DNA from: a virus
Lineage: Duplodnaviria > Caudoviricetes
Direction: 5' to 3' (one strand)
Length of the DNA stretch: 64,000 nt
IMG/VR virus record: IMGVR_UViG_3300028591_003923
Span: 32,001-96,000 of that record
In this document: one piece after another, positions 1 through 8,206 of the stretch
Layout: each line of letters opens with the position of its first letter
Numbering within the stretch: position 1 is the first letter of the stretch
Program-made: the position numbers and the translations under genes
The notes under the pieces: model-generated
Database searches by the model: none
What the model saw: only the letters and a program-made list of their open reading frames with translations
What the model was told of the DNA's origin: nothing

Positions 1-35
1 CTTATGCTGACCACCAAAGGTAAAGGAGCAAGGAC

Positions 36-212
36 ATGAATGATGAATCTGTAGAACGGCTAATAAGAGAGTATCTAAGTAAGTGTAGAGTATGTGATGA
101 GTGCTTTGCTGAAATCTTTTGTATATTGAAAGGACTAAGGGATAGCAGGGAGCCACAAAAGCGTTGTGTGGATAACATCAAAAAGTATTTTGAGGAGCAA
201 GAGAATGACTAA
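36..212 (+). CDS. hypothetical protein (58 aa, Cys-rich)
   Basis: ATG after AAGGAG/AAGGA RBS; open frame overlaps the next start; read manually, not in ORF track. Confidence 0.55.
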   Translation: MNDESVERLIREYLSKCRVCDECFAEIFCILKGLRDSREPQKRCVDNIKKYFEEQEND

Positions 213-573
213 GATACTATGCCCAAGCGGGCTGTGGGTAAGCGAAGAGTATTGCGACAAGTGTGGACAGTGTAGACCAAACGAGAAGGTTGGACTCCCA
301 CGGAGGGAGCAAGATGACTACATAAAGAGAGAAGATGCAATGGCGGCAGTAGATAAGTGCAGACGTGATACTTTTCAACAACTTAGCGGCATGAAAGGGT
401 ACTTAAATGCGATACCTTCTGCTGATGTAGCTGAGGTAAAACACAGCGTATGGAAAGTTGCGTCAGCAGACCCTGACAAAGAGTATGAGTGTATGAGGTG
501 TAAAAAAGCTGTAGGGTGGAAATACTTATATTGCCCCAACTGCGGTGCCAGAATGGATGGAGAAGAGTTATGA
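205..573 (+). CDS. phage Zn-ribbon protein (IPSADV...YCPNCGARMD family)
   Basis: GAGGAG RBS before ATG 205; C-terminal CxxC...CPNCG; paralogs at 12971 and 13592. Confidence 0.7.
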   Translation: MTKILCPSGLWVSEEYCDKCGQCRPNEKVGLPRREQDDYIKREDAMAAVDKCRRDTFQQLSGMKGYLNAIPSADVAEVKHSVWKVASADPDKEYECMRCKKAVGWKYLYCPNCGARMDGEEL

Positions 574-740
574 GCGGAAAGGCAACTAAAGAAGAAATAG
601 ATGAGCTTGCTAAACAAATAGTAGAATCAGGACAAATTACTTTACTAGACATATACGTTGGAAAATTTTTAGCCAAGCTTAGTGCCTGGTATTGGAAAAT
701 ACGTATCACATTGGAGGACTTTATACATGGACAACGATGA
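570..740 (+). CDS. hypothetical protein
   Basis: ATGA overlap with upstream stop. Confidence 0.5.
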   Translation: MSGKATKEEIDELAKQIVESGQITLLDIYVGKFLAKLSAWYWKIRITLEDFIHGQR

Positions 741-873
741 GAATGAGAATGATTACTATGATAGTTTCATATATACTGGTGAACTTGAAAATATAATTGC
801 CTACTATATAAAGAAGTATAGTATTGATGATTTCCTAGAGTATCTTGTAGACATATTAAGATACAGAATTTGA
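727..873 (+). CDS. hypothetical acidic protein
   Basis: GGAGG RBS before ATG 727. Confidence 0.55.
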   Translation: MDNDENENDYYDSFIYTGELENIIAYYIKKYSIDDFLEYLVDILRYRI

Positions 874-910
874 AAAACTTTAAAAATTTATATATAATAT
901 ATATGTAAGT
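869..910 (+). promoter_or_regulatory. sigma-A-like early promoter, recurring phage consensus TTTGAc-N~17-TATAATATATAT(G/A)
   Basis: Same motif recurs at about 1410, 1497, 3395, 5823, 6178, 12268, 15229, 19142 (+) and about 21800, 21920, 26700, 59570 (-), each upstream of a gene block. Confidence 0.75.
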
Positions 911-941
911 TAAAAAAGAGAACAAAAAGAAAGGTTACTTT

Positions 942-1406
942 ATGGTATACACACCCAATCACAATCCAGACTATTACAAACTTAATCCTTCTATGACGAA
1001 CTGCGGTAGTTATGCCTTCAACATAGAAGAATGGTACGACCCAGAGCTGGATGAAGAATGGGGTGAAATAGAAGAATGGATAGACTATTTCCTTGATGCG
1101 GGATATGAGCTTTCAGAAGTGCCTGACTTAATCGCACGATGTTACGTTGACCAAATCCTATCCGATTTCTATGAAGATGTCCGTCTCATTGATAACGAAC
1201 ACGACGGCGCGCCGAATGAGGAAGTCATAGCGTTCCGCGTATACATAGACCTTGAAGATTTTTGGGGATTTGATTTCCATTTCAAAGTCTTTCGTGATGG
1301 CTACTGGAGAGAAAAGTGTGGTTCTCAAGACGTGACTCCATGTGATTTAGAAACATGGGGTCGGTACAATAGCTCAACTTTCTTCTTTGCAAAAAAGATA
1401 ATCTGA
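942..1406 (+). CDS. hypothetical protein, possible papain-like fold (NCxSYAF...HF...W)
   Basis: 154 aa ORF with RBS; Cys/His motif spacing only suggestive. Confidence 0.6.
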   Translation: MVYTPNHNPDYYKLNPSMTNCGSYAFNIEEWYDPELDEEWGEIEEWIDYFLDAGYELSEVPDLIARCYVDQILSDFYEDVRLIDNEHDGAPNEEVIAFRVYIDLEDFWGFDFHFKVFRDGYWREKCGSQDVTPCDLETWGRYNSSTFFFAKKII

Positions 1407-1496
1407 AAATTTGAAAAGTTCTGAAATTTTTGCTATAATATATATACAAGGTTGAAAGAGATAAGAAATTTTTGAGAAAAAATTAGTTCTGAAATT

Positions 1497-1525
1497 TTGA
1501 CAAACTTAAAAAATTCTGATATAAT
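1497..1525 (+). promoter_or_regulatory. consensus sigma-A promoter driving the ncRNA locus
   Basis: TTGACA 1497-1502, 17 bp spacer, TGn-TATAAT 1517-1525; no convincing + strand ORF for 1.4 kb downstream. Confidence 0.85.
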
Positions 1526-1628
1526 ATATATGTAAGAAAAAGAAAACAAACATTGATGCATTTCAGGAACATGTTGATGTTTAATGCGGGCGGCTTTCGT
1601 ACTCACTTCCTTTCGCCGCCCGCGCACT

Positions 1629-1700
1629 ACCAAGTGTAATCGTGCCACCAGTACGACCTGGTGAGAGTCTCAAGCCTCTGCAAAACGAGAGAGCACAGGT
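1629..1700 (+). ncRNA. twister ribozyme (type P1)
   Basis: GTG-UAA-UCGU-GC-[P3 CACCA/UGGUG]-AGA-GUCUCAAGCC-UCU-GCAAA-ACGA-GAGAG-CAC matches the twister P1/P2/P4/T1/T2 architecture; predicted cleavage U1637/A1638. Confidence 0.8.
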
Positions 1701-1704
1701 TAAA

Positions 1705-2275
1705 AAGTTAATGGTTGTGTCAAATGCAAAGAGTGCGTTATTGACTGCGGGTTAAAGGTGAGTCGTTATCACCTGAACAGCTGAGCAGAGAGGGAAATAA
1801 TCAAAGGCCAAAAGAAATACCTCGGAAGTACAGTAAAGGCACATTTACCGAAAGAGCTGTGGACGTTAACTTCTGTGAAAGGTTGGGCTGAGTGTATGAG
1901 AAAAGCTCTTGGTCCACCGTTGAATTTACCGACGTGTACCTTGAATTCTAGCTTCTATGGCGGCGGCTAGATGTGAGGATAGGTAGGTTTGACAGCTGTC
2001 ATGAATTAGGGCGAGTTACGGGCCTACAATACCGGACTGGGTGCGGGTAACATTAACCCGTCGTGCGCAAGCAATGTTAGAGCTGCCAAAGCGGTGGAAT
2101 CCGTTCGTTAGGAAGTTACGAGAGACATTCCCGTTGACGTTGCGATAGAGTCCGTGAGGTGGAACGATAGACCGCCCCTGTGTACACAACAGATGGTCTT
2201 GGGGAACACCTTTCCCCAACCAATGGCACCAATAGGAGTCGCCTTCACGCGGCGGTGCTGTTTCTACTGAGAACT
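1705..2275 (+). ncRNA. unclassified large structured RNA
   Basis: GC-richer than flanks, no credible ORF, many hairpins, long-range GTTGTGT(1714)/ACACAAC(2184) pairing, lies between twister and ROOL-like RNA. Confidence 0.55.
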
Positions 2276-2279
2276 CCTT

Positions 2280-2939
2280 ACAATTTCATAAATAAATATA
2301 CTACTTGAACTCAGTGTAGAGATGCTAAACTAGTATCGCTGAGGCGCAGGCTGACAGAGTTACCCAGGACTACGAAACAAGGATACTTGCGGATAGTTGG
2401 CTGTGGAAGCGGGGCGACCCGTGGAAAGAAGACCTGGAAGGTCAACGGCTGAAAGATGTACAGTGCGGCGCTTCGGTTATCGCAGATAAAGGTAGCATGT
2501 GGGTCGGGGATGTAATAGACGCTCCTGTGGAGAAGAATCCAAGTTAGGGACTTAGCTGGTGACTGCGTTCACACCTTGGAAATACCAATAAATTCCTTTG
2601 CCGTGAAGCGGTGAGAACCGTGTATAAGACCTGCGTGTCGCGTACGAGTAGCACAAATGGCAAGACTTGGACAGAAGGAAAATTGTACAAGTGTAATAGG
2701 TTATACACTCTTATTCTAATCCGTACAGTGTGTGAAAGTTAAAGGTAGACATTCCTTTATGGACTAATGGCTCTGCGGAGTAGTCGCTAGGGAACGGCGG
2801 CAGTAACAGTAGTTCCTGGTTATTGAGGACGGGACTTGCAACCCCGTACATGGCAGTAACTATCCATTGACTGAATATATCTGAAGGTAGCTAGAAGTAA
2901 GATGAAAGTCTCTTGTTGTATATTTATTTATGAAATTGT
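2280..2939 (+). ncRNA. ROOL-like large ncRNA
   Basis: Perfect 22 bp closing stem 2280-2301/2918-2939 enclosing ~620 nt without ORF; size, tRNA-rich Firmicutes phage context and GAGTAGCACAAA, GTGAAAG, GGTAGCT segments resemble ROOL as recalled. Confidence 0.6.
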
Positions 2940-2961
2940 TTTTTAAAGAATGGAGGCTTAT

Positions 2962-3246
2962 ATGAAAAAGGTTTATGTAAATGAGTACAATGGCGATGCA
3001 TACGAATCTGCAGAAGATTGCCTAAAGTCAGAAGAAGAATACAAAATTGAACGAGAGAAAGCTGCAGCAGCTGCCGCTAGGAAAGCAGAGTATGATGCAA
3101 GAGTAGATGCAGCTTATGATAAGGCTGAGGAAGCTTTAAATGAATATATTAGAGTACTTTCAGAAGAAACACCAATTGACGTTGATAGAGTGATGCTTGA
3201 AATGATAGCTAATGTACTGTTTAGAAAGGACGAGGACGATGACTAA
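2962..3246 (+). CDS. hypothetical coiled-coil protein
   Basis: GGAGG RBS before ATG 2962. Confidence 0.65.
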   Translation: MKKVYVNEYNGDAYESAEDCLKSEEEYKIEREKAAAAAARKAEYDARVDAAYDKAEEALNEYIRVLSEETPIDVDRVMLEMIANVLFRKDEDDD

Positions 3247-3367
3247 AGAAGAAAAGTTGCGGGTACTTAAGTTCCGTTTACATATAATTAAGGAGCGTGG
3301 CAAATCACTTGAATCTCCAGGTGTAATGCACAAGCTCGAAAGACAGATAAGAAATCTTGAGGGGTAG
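3239..3367 (+). CDS. small basic hypothetical protein (42 aa)
   Basis: Overlapping start with GAGGA RBS; followed by a terminator. Confidence 0.5.
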   Translation: MTKEEKLRVLKFRLHIIKERGKSLESPGVMHKLERQIRNLEG

Positions 3368-3391
3368 TCACTGACTATCCTTCTTTTTTTT
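3359..3391 (+). terminator. intrinsic terminator
   Basis: GGGTAGTC/GACTATCC hairpin followed by a T-run. Confidence 0.7.
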
Positions 3392-3452
3392 AAATTTGAT
3401 TTTTCCTTAAATTTCTGATATAATTGTTTTAGAAAAAAGAAAGGAGAAAACA

Positions 3453-3860
3453 ATGAATCATTTATATTTGAAGAAAATAAATGCAGATAAGATATACGCT
3501 GCAGAAATGGATGAAAAAGAAACAGCATTAGACCCGCGCAATGTAATTTGGAAGTATCAGCGCGCCATCTACGGTTTTGATGACAGAGAAACCTGGGGAT
3601 TGGACAGCTGTTTTTATGCTTGGCTTTATGAGCATATAAAAATGTATTTAGACAAAGCAAGTAAGATTGTTAATTTAGATTTTCATAAGTTTGAATATAA
3701 TGAAGAAACTTACACACAGAAAGAACTGTTAGAACAGATTTGTGAAATAATTGAGTATTATTTTTCTGACAGCTTTGATGACTGTAGTGAAGAAGATTAT
3801 GAATATGTGCATAATGTAGAAAGGATGTGGGCAGTAGTGATGCCTGCAATGTGGTGGTAG
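3453..3860 (+). CDS. hypothetical phage protein (GFDDRETWGLD motif)
   Basis: Promoter and AAGGAG RBS; 135 aa. Confidence 0.7.
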   Translation: MNHLYLKKINADKIYAAEMDEKETALDPRNVIWKYQRAIYGFDDRETWGLDSCFYAWLYEHIKMYLDKASKIVNLDFHKFEYNEETYTQKELLEQICEIIEYYFSDSFDDCSEEDYEYVHNVERMWAVVMPAMWW

Positions 3861-3863
3861 ACT

Positions 3864-4649
3864 ATGATTTTTTGCACTGGAGATACTCATCAAGGATATG
3901 ATATAGCTAAACTTAAATGCTTTGCCCAAGAGGGTGGAAAAGACTTAACCAAAAACGATTATGTAATTGTTTGTGGTGACTTTGGCTTACTTTGGAACTA
4001 CCGAGAAACAGGCGAGTATATGCCATCTAATCCCGCAGATGCTCACTGGACACGGCGCGAGCGCGAACTTTATGATTGGTATAATGAGTTGCCTTGGACT
4101 ACACTTTTCGTCTCGGGGAACCATGAGTGCTTTGATAGACTCGATAGCTATCCAATTATTGAATGGCACGGCGGCCGAGTGCAAAGAATCAGTGATTCTA
4201 TTATCCATTTAATGCGTGGTGAAATATTTGAGCTTGAGGGTAAGACGATACTAACTTTCGGCGGCGCGCAGAGTACGGATAGAGGAACGATTACTCATAC
4301 TGAAGACTTTGACGAACATAGGATATGGTGGAGACAGGAAATTCCTTCAACTGTTGAATACAATCATGCAGTAGATAATTTAAAAAAACATAATAATAAA
4401 GTAGATTATATAATAACACATGATTGTCCATTTGACATAAAGCAAGTAATTTACGCTACTACTTTTGACAGTTATGGTAATACAAATGCTAATGCAGTAT
4501 CAGCGATGATTAATTCATGGCTTTATACGGTAGACTTTACTCATTGGTACTGCGGTCACCTACATATGGATAGAGATGTAAGAAATGTTAGTGTTTTATA
4601 TCAAGATATAGTTCCATTAGTACAGGAGGATATGTATGAATCTATTTAA
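3864..4649 (+). CDS. calcineurin-like metallophosphoesterase
   Basis: GDTH, GDFG, GNHE, THxxP and GHxH motifs. Confidence 0.9.
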   Translation: MIFCTGDTHQGYDIAKLKCFAQEGGKDLTKNDYVIVCGDFGLLWNYRETGEYMPSNPADAHWTRRERELYDWYNELPWTTLFVSGNHECFDRLDSYPIIEWHGGRVQRISDSIIHLMRGEIFELEGKTILTFGGAQSTDRGTITHTEDFDEHRIWWRQEIPSTVEYNHAVDNLKKHNNKVDYIITHDCPFDIKQVIYATTFDSYGNTNANAVSAMINSWLYTVDFTHWYCGHLHMDRDVRNVSVLYQDIVPLVQEDMYESI

Positions 4650-4992
4650 GGAAACGGATGAAGTATTGGATGAAGAGGGATACGACTGGTCTGATGTTAG
4701 ATGGGTTGGTTCACCTGATATAAAATTTCCTACTGTTAATGAATTTATAAAAGTAGCTAAAGCTACTGAGTACGATGATGGATATGGCGCGCAAGAAATA
4801 CCATTTGACTTAGTTATAATGCTTAAAGATGGTACGTGGCTTGAACGTGAAGAATATGATGGTTCTGAATGGTGGGTTTATATGCATAAACCTACAGAGC
4901 CTTCTACGGTAATGAGTAAAATTGACCGATTAACCGATAATTCATGTATGTGGGAATCACTTATAGATTTTTATAAGCGTCAGCTTAGTTAG
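4636..4992 (+). CDS. conserved phage hypothetical (YDDGYGAQE...EYDGSEWW)
   Basis: GGAGG RBS, overlapping ORF. Confidence 0.7.
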   Translation: MNLFKETDEVLDEEGYDWSDVRWVGSPDIKFPTVNEFIKVAKATEYDDGYGAQEIPFDLVIMLKDGTWLEREEYDGSEWWVYMHKPTEPSTVMSKIDRLTDNSCMWESLIDFYKRQLS

Positions 4993-5124
4993 GAGAGAAA
5001 AATGTGGTTTTTAGTTGCATTTTTAATATCAATACCATTTATAATTTATTGGCTTTATACAAATGTAGACGACCATCATTGGCCTAAGGGTGGCGGTCCG
5101 AGCTGCTTTGTTTAGGAGGCGTGC

Positions 5125-5340
5125 ATGAGTCCAGAATTGAAATATCAGAAAGACGTAATTAGTTGGTTAACTGATAAATGGGACGTATATCTTGATGTAT
5201 GCGCTCATTTTGGGATACCTACGGGTTGTACTTTAGGTGCAGGACCTTCATGGGAAGAGATTTTACAGTACTTAACTGACAGAGGTTTAATAGCTGAATA
5301 TGAAAAGGAACAGGAGGAGAAAGCTAATGCCAGACATTAA
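5125..5340 (+). CDS. hypothetical protein
   Basis: AGGAGG RBS. Confidence 0.6.
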   Translation: MSPELKYQKDVISWLTDKWDVYLDVCAHFGIPTGCTLGAGPSWEEILQYLTDRGLIAEYEKEQEEKANARH

Positions 5341-5581
5341 AATGCATATTGCTAATCTTGCTGCACAGGCAAATGAAGCCATTAATAAATATGGCAGACT
5401 TGAAATGTGTAGGATAAAAAATATAATTGTTTGTGAAGATGGCCACTTACACTATGTGAAGCCACCAGAGGAATTGAATAAAGAACTGGAGCTTCAGAAA
5501 ACTAAAGTCAATATGTTATTGACTGAAATCGCGCAGGCAGTTAAGGAGAGAGATAGTGCAGAAGTTGTTGATGATGAGTAA
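5327..5581 (+). CDS. hypothetical protein
   Basis: GGAGGAG RBS before ATG 5327. Confidence 0.6.
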   Translation: MPDIKMHIANLAAQANEAINKYGRLEMCRIKNIIVCEDGHLHYVKPPEELNKELELQKTKVNMLLTEIAQAVKERDSAEVVDDE

Positions 5582-5822
5582 TGTGCCGGAGTATGGACTA
5601 TGTCAGCCGGTAGGTGCGCTTAATTTAGTTGTTCATTTACCAGGTCAGGCTTTTACAATTGCCGATTGGCCTCTCGTAGAAGGCGCGCCGGTGCAGGTCG
5701 TCGGAAATCAGGCGAATGAGATTCCTGTGTTTTATCTTGGACAGAGAACAGTAGATAGCGTTGAAGTTCAGAACAATACGGTTCATTTAAGTAAGCAAGT
5801 AGAGTACAAGATAATAAGCTAA
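5571..5822 (+). CDS. hypothetical protein
   Basis: Overlaps upstream stop; start uncertain. Confidence 0.5.
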   Translation: MMSNVPEYGLCQPVGALNLVVHLPGQAFTIADWPLVEGAPVQVVGNQANEIPVFYLGQRTVDSVEVQNNTVHLSKQVEYKIIS

Positions 5823-5884
5823 TTTGAAATTATCTTAAATTTCATATATAATATATATAGAAAATGAAAGAAAGGAGAAATAAA

Positions 5885-6181
5885 ATGGTTACTTTAAAAG
5901 ATACGTTTGAGGAAGTCGGTTCAGAAGAGTATGGACCGTGGCAGTATAAGGCTGTTGTTTACGACGAAGACGAGAAAGAGCGGAGAATTCATAAAGGAAT
6001 TTGTTTTGGTACAGACTATGCTTCAGCCGCAAAGAAAGTAGAGTCGTATTTTCAGACGGATTTAATAAGTTTAACGCTTTACCCACTTGAACCGTTTCCG
6101 ATTTATGATTTTACAGATGCATATGAATCTGAGTGGGATTTATTTACTATAACTACATGTGATAAACAAAATAAATTTTGA
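5885..6181 (+). CDS. hypothetical protein
   Basis: Own promoter and AAAGGAG RBS. Confidence 0.65.
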   Translation: MVTLKDTFEEVGSEEYGPWQYKAVVYDEDEKERRIHKGICFGTDYASAAKKVESYFQTDLISLTLYPLEPFPIYDFTDAYESEWDLFTITTCDKQNKF

Positions 6182-6381
6182 CTAAATAATAAATTTTTGA
6201 TATAATATATATGTAAGTTGAGAAAGGAAGAGAAAAAAACAGAGTAAACGCCGTTCTCAAGGACTTGAAATCGTACTCGTCTCAACTAATTATAAATACC
6301 TCCATTTAAAAAAGTCTGAACTAACATGAAATGGAGTGAAACCACATACCTGAGCATGTATTAAAACCGCTCACTAAGTGC

Positions 6382-6506
6382 CGGAATATAGTTTATGGGG
6401 AGAGAATATCGCTGTCCGTCGCAAGAGCCGTTGCGCATCGGTTTAATATACACTTGTCATCTTGCATAGGAGAGCGAAGAGACGGGTTCGACTCCCGTTG
6501 TTCCGG
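6382..6506 (+). ncRNA. tRNA-like RNA with ~60 nt insertion in the anticodon arm
   Basis: Acceptor CGGAATA/TGTTCCG, D arm, T arm ACGGG-TTCGACT-CCCGT, stem TCGCT/AGCGA enclosing a long structured insert. Confidence 0.7.
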
Positions 6507-6513
6507 AAGCTTT

Positions 6514-6587
6514 AGGCGGTTATCATAACAGTAGTGAGCCTGGCTTTGACCCAGGATGCGCAGGGGCGGCACCTGCACCGCCTGCCA
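6514..6587 (+). tRNA. tRNA-Gln(TTG), aberrant T-loop
   Basis: AGGCGGT/ACCGCCT acceptor, CCTGG-CTTTGAC-CCAGG, T-loop GGCGGCA, encoded CCA. Confidence 0.8.
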
Positions 6588-6593
6588 AATTAT

Positions 6594-6670
6594 GCGGAAT
6601 TAGCTCAGTTGGGATGAGCGCTAGTCTTACAAACTAGAGGTCACTGGTTCGATCCCAGTATTCCGTACCA
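6594..6670 (+). tRNA. tRNA-Val(TAC)
   Basis: Canonical cloverleaf, CTAGT-CTTACAA-ACTAG, CCA. Confidence 0.95.
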
Positions 6671-6780
6671 TTCAGGTCGGCAGCCTACCTTGTCCGCGGA
6701 ATTTAAAAAGACGCTGCTGCTTTGTAAGTACAATGCTAAAAACTTTCTGTTTGGACCTTGGCGTCAAAGGTCCCATATGT

Positions 6781-6857
6781 GGCGGCATAGTGCAGTCGGT
6801 TAACACGTCAGCTTTTCATGCTGAAGATGCGCGGTTCGAATCCGCGTGCCGTTACCA
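6781..6857 (+). tRNA. tRNA-Glu(TTC)
   Basis: Cloverleaf, TCAGC-TTTTCAT-GCTGA, CCA. Confidence 0.9.
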
Positions 6858-7079
6858 CAAGGAAGCAGGGTTCGTCCCCTTAAAACGCTCGCCGCTAAAG
6901 GAGCCAGATGATGCTGTGGGAACCTTGGGCATTGGAAGAATGTAAACTGTTTAAGGGCACGTGAAAGATAAATAATAAGGCGTTATAGTAGTGAGAATAG
7001 GGAATTGCGGAGCCTTATACGAAGAACGAAGGTAGCTACTAAGTACCCGTCGTGCGAGGTACTAACAGTTTATATATAT

Positions 7080-7155
7080 GGGTTGATAGCTCAGTTGGTA
7101 GAGCGCCGCACTGTTAATGCGGATGTCCTAGGTTCAAGTCCTAGTCTTCCCGCCA
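7080..7155 (+). tRNA. tRNA-Asn(GTT)
   Basis: CCGCA-CTGTTAA-TGCGG; two U.U mismatches in acceptor stem; CCA. Confidence 0.9.
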
Positions 7156-7192
7156 CTGCTCATCGGCATACCCCTTTTAGAGGTGTGCTTAT

Positions 7193-7253
7193 GGTCGGGA
7201 TGGAGACCTAAAACCCATTCCAATTGGTCGGAGCGGAGACCTAAAACCCGCTC
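7193..7253 (+). repeat. tandem pair of H-type pseudoknot motifs GGTC-N7-A-GACC-TAAAAC-N
   Basis: Two copies with covarying loop/tail pairing (GGGATGG/CCATTCC; GAGCGG/CCGCTC). Confidence 0.7.
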
Positions 7254-7258
7254 AATAT

Positions 7259-7334
7259 GTCTCGGTCGTTCAACGGTTTAGGATGATAGCCTGTCACGCT
7301 ATTGATTGGAGTTCGATTCTCCATCGAGACGCCA
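7259..7334 (+). tRNA. tRNA-Asp(GTC)
   Basis: ATAGC-CTGTCAC-GCTAT, T arm, CCA. Confidence 0.92.
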
Positions 7335-7337
7335 TAT

Positions 7338-7408
7338 GTCCACATAACTCAATGGTAGAGAAACGCCAGTTAACGGCGGATATAAGGGTTCAAGTCCCTT
7401 TGTGGGCA
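7338..7408 (+). tRNA. atypical tRNA, apparent anticodon TTA (loop AGTTAAC)
   Basis: Acceptor GTCCACA/TGTGGGC, D and T arms good; anticodon loop lacks U33. Confidence 0.65.
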
Positions 7409-7619
7409 AGCAGAAGATACTGCTTAATCAAATCGGAGGTATGGCAAGAGTATCAGAGTCCTCGTTTAAGAAAATTCATACTCATTTTCTCATACCTGCA
7501 GCAAAACGGGGTTACGCAGATGTGCGGTTGGCCGACCTTAAGGCACGGTTTATAAACCTATTATTTCCTCCAGTTCGGTAGCATCGTCGCGGAGGTAAAC
7601 CTAAGCTACCAATTTATTT

Positions 7620-7693
7620 GCGCCGCGAGCCTGACGGACGGGCGACGGACCGCAACTCCGTGAAACTTGGTTCGACTCCAAGGTGGCGCTCCA
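7620..7693 (+). tRNA. tRNA-Cys(GCA)
   Basis: ACGGA-CCGCAAC-TCCGT, U73 discriminator, CCA. Confidence 0.88.
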
Positions 7694-7713
7694 GTTAAAG
7701 AAAGGATAAACTA

Positions 7714-7992
7714 ATGGCTCAGTTGTTTAAAGTAGAAGAATGGCAAGGTGGTTCAGGCTTATGGTGGGTAGCTGATACGCACACATGGACTGGCTGGCGC
7801 GCCATAGCGGAAGACTTAGACGTTGACCGCAATGGTTTAATAGAGTTGCTTAGAACAAAGTATGGAGCTACGGTTTACGATGAAAAGAAATTCTTTTTCT
7901 TTTTTGAGAAATATAAAAATGCACATCAGTTTAAACTTGATGTGAATAGAATTGCTAGACATAAACAGTTAATGGTAGAAAAGCAATTTTGA
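7714..7992 (+). CDS. hypothetical protein within tRNA cluster
   Basis: GAAAGGA RBS, 92 aa. Confidence 0.7.
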   Translation: MAQLFKVEEWQGGSGLWWVADTHTWTGWRAIAEDLDVDRNGLIELLRTKYGATVYDEKKFFFFFEKYKNAHQFKLDVNRIARHKQLMVEKQF

Positions 7993-7995
7993 CGT

Positions 7996-8069
7996 CGCAG
8001 GGTGCAACTAAAGGTAGGTTGGCGTGGCTCATAACCACGATCGTGCAGGTTCGACTCCTGTCCCTGCAA
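7996..8069 (+). tRNA. tRNA-Met(CAT), initiator-like
   Basis: C1:A72 mismatch, CGTGG-CTCATAA-CCACG. Confidence 0.88.
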
Positions 8070-8206
8070 TTTAAAGGTCGAAAACCTACGACCACCGTTA
8101 ACACGGATTCATCTACTAAACTACCACCGGCACATCAGATAAGTATGTGATATGTGGCTTGCGGAAAACGGGATATAAAGAAGCGAAGTAAGTAGATTCC
8201 TTTCTT

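Noticed and set aside
1705-2275. Group II intron or RNase P RNA
   Set aside because: GTGCG occurs but there is no domain V; no GAGGAAAGUCC core
7193-7253. Pistol ribozyme or preQ1 riboswitch
   Set aside because: Lacks pistol P2/P3 and the preQ1 loop consensus
7565-7610. HDV-like (theta) ribozyme next to tRNA-Cys
   Set aside because: Has CTAA before a P2-like strand but no room for P3 or P1.1; kept only as a pseudoknot
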